The notes under the pieces are model-generated. The model saw nothing but the letters and a program-made list of their open reading frames with translations. It did no database searches and was not told the DNA's origin. The position numbers and the translations under genes are program-made. 64,000 nucleotides of DNA from Zygnema circumcarinatum SAG 698-1b (lineage: Eukaryota; Plantae; Zygnematophyceae): the NCBI GenBank assembly GCA_037447605.1, contig CM074813.1:2604001-2668000 (forward strand). The letters run 5' to 3'. Shown here in pieces: positions 63,264 to 64,000 of the stretch; the stretch's first letter is position 1; every line of letters starts with the position of its first letter.

Positions 63264-63886
63264 GTCGCTCTTTCTCCTCTCTCTCTCTACCTTCTCTCTC
63301 CCTCCCTCCCCCTCCAGCCCTTCTTGTCCCTCTCCATCAACCTCTCTCTCCCTACCGCACTTAAAGTTCCGCAGCTTCCAGTCGCTCCCATCTTCCCCCC
63401 CTCTCTCCACTCCATCTTGGCCTCCCCCCTCCCCCTCCCTCTCCCTCCCCCAGTCCACATCTCCCACATTCGAATACCTCTCTATATCTTCCATAAGGAA
63501 TGGATCCGCCGGAAATTAAACATTTCAGCAAATATTTTCAGAAAAGGCAAAATTACGGAACTGACCGTCACATGAACGATTTTTGGCGGACGCGTCCTCT
63601 GTACGGAGCTCAAATGTGAAGTTGGCCGTTTGTCCGGAATCGATACTTCGCATTTGGGCCTGCAAAACAAATTAGGGTTTTAGACTCTTTGACATTGGAA
63701 TCGAGCTCCTTCAAAGGATTTAACCAAGGGATAAGCTGAACCCTGAGAGCGATAAATTACTATTCGAGGCTTCAGTGCATTCAGTCATAAAATTATATTT
63801 TTGTTTTACGGCTTAACGGAACACAAAACGGAACGCTTTCGGTGACTTACAACGACAGTGGCGATTCCCTCGGAGCAGTTTTGAAC
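60679..63886 (-). CDS. HAP2: HAP2/GCS1 gamete fusogen, 3' part (exons 63886-63851, 63659-63566, 63142-63054, 62876-62812, 62504-62398, 62015-61522, 61207-61052, 60735-60679); 5' part beyond the window
   Basis: VQNCSEGIATVV|AQMRSIDSGQTANFTFELRTEDASAKNRSCD|VLLYDALGALIDNRTVGFSTTATKDNRGSQ|...NPCR|LCGAVDMACYVRRYCWTQLAASVGAVLGVAAAIVL|IILFLMFLSHLGLL. Domain-III end with FSTTAT (as recalled for angiosperm HAP2), pre-membrane CxxC..D..C....CW motif (as recalled for Chlamydomonas HAP2), several N-glycosylation sequons, one TM helix and post-TM cysteines. All eight exons join in phase. Confidence 0.85.
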
Positions 63887-64000
63887 CTGCATGGAACGGC
63901 GCTGCCTTCCGTTGTTCAGTATCTGTCAACTGTAACTCGTCACACACACCCTCCTCCTCTCTGTCCTGCATTGCCTCTCCCCCCCCCTCTCTCTCTCTCT

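Overview
Eukaryotic nuclear DNA with Arabidopsis-type TTTAGGG telomere motifs, GT-AG introns full of CT/GA microsatellites and plant-type gene families. It is most consistent with a streptophyte alga or early-diverging plant; the species cannot be fixed from sequence alone. Most ORFs in the supplied track are microsatellite or CpG-island artefacts, so gene models were rebuilt by hand by joining exons in phase. Twelve genes are supported: AP-3 sigma (3' part, +), V-ATPase subunit a (+), UDP-Gal/UDP-Glc transporter UTr1/3 (+), katanin p60-like KATNAL2/CCP1 (-), a subfamily-VIII-like R2R3-MYB (+), TOUSLED kinase (-), an orphan coiled-coil gene (+), an intronless PUB-like ARM protein with no U-box (-), a secreted STIG1-family Cys-rich protein (-), a small ARM protein (-), GAMYB (+) and the 3' part of the gamete fusogen HAP2/GCS1 (-, runs off the right edge, invisible in the ORF track because its exons are short). 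Main lead: the last ~16 kb (STIG1-like, ARM, GAMYB, HAP2) looks like a neighbourhood of sexual-reproduction genes; this is an inference needing synteny and expression tests. Non-coding highlights: a ~0.9 kb interstitial telomere array filling a TOUSLED intron, a telomere-derived satellite with a 210-bp higher-order repeat, a 157-bp MITE with 17-bp TIRs, an intronic G-box/CCAAT (ERSE-II-like) 29-bp array, two more unrelated 29-bp minisatellites, and a telobox-TGACGTCA-telobox palindrome abutting a start codon. Assembly gaps lie at 634-643 and 21108-21207.
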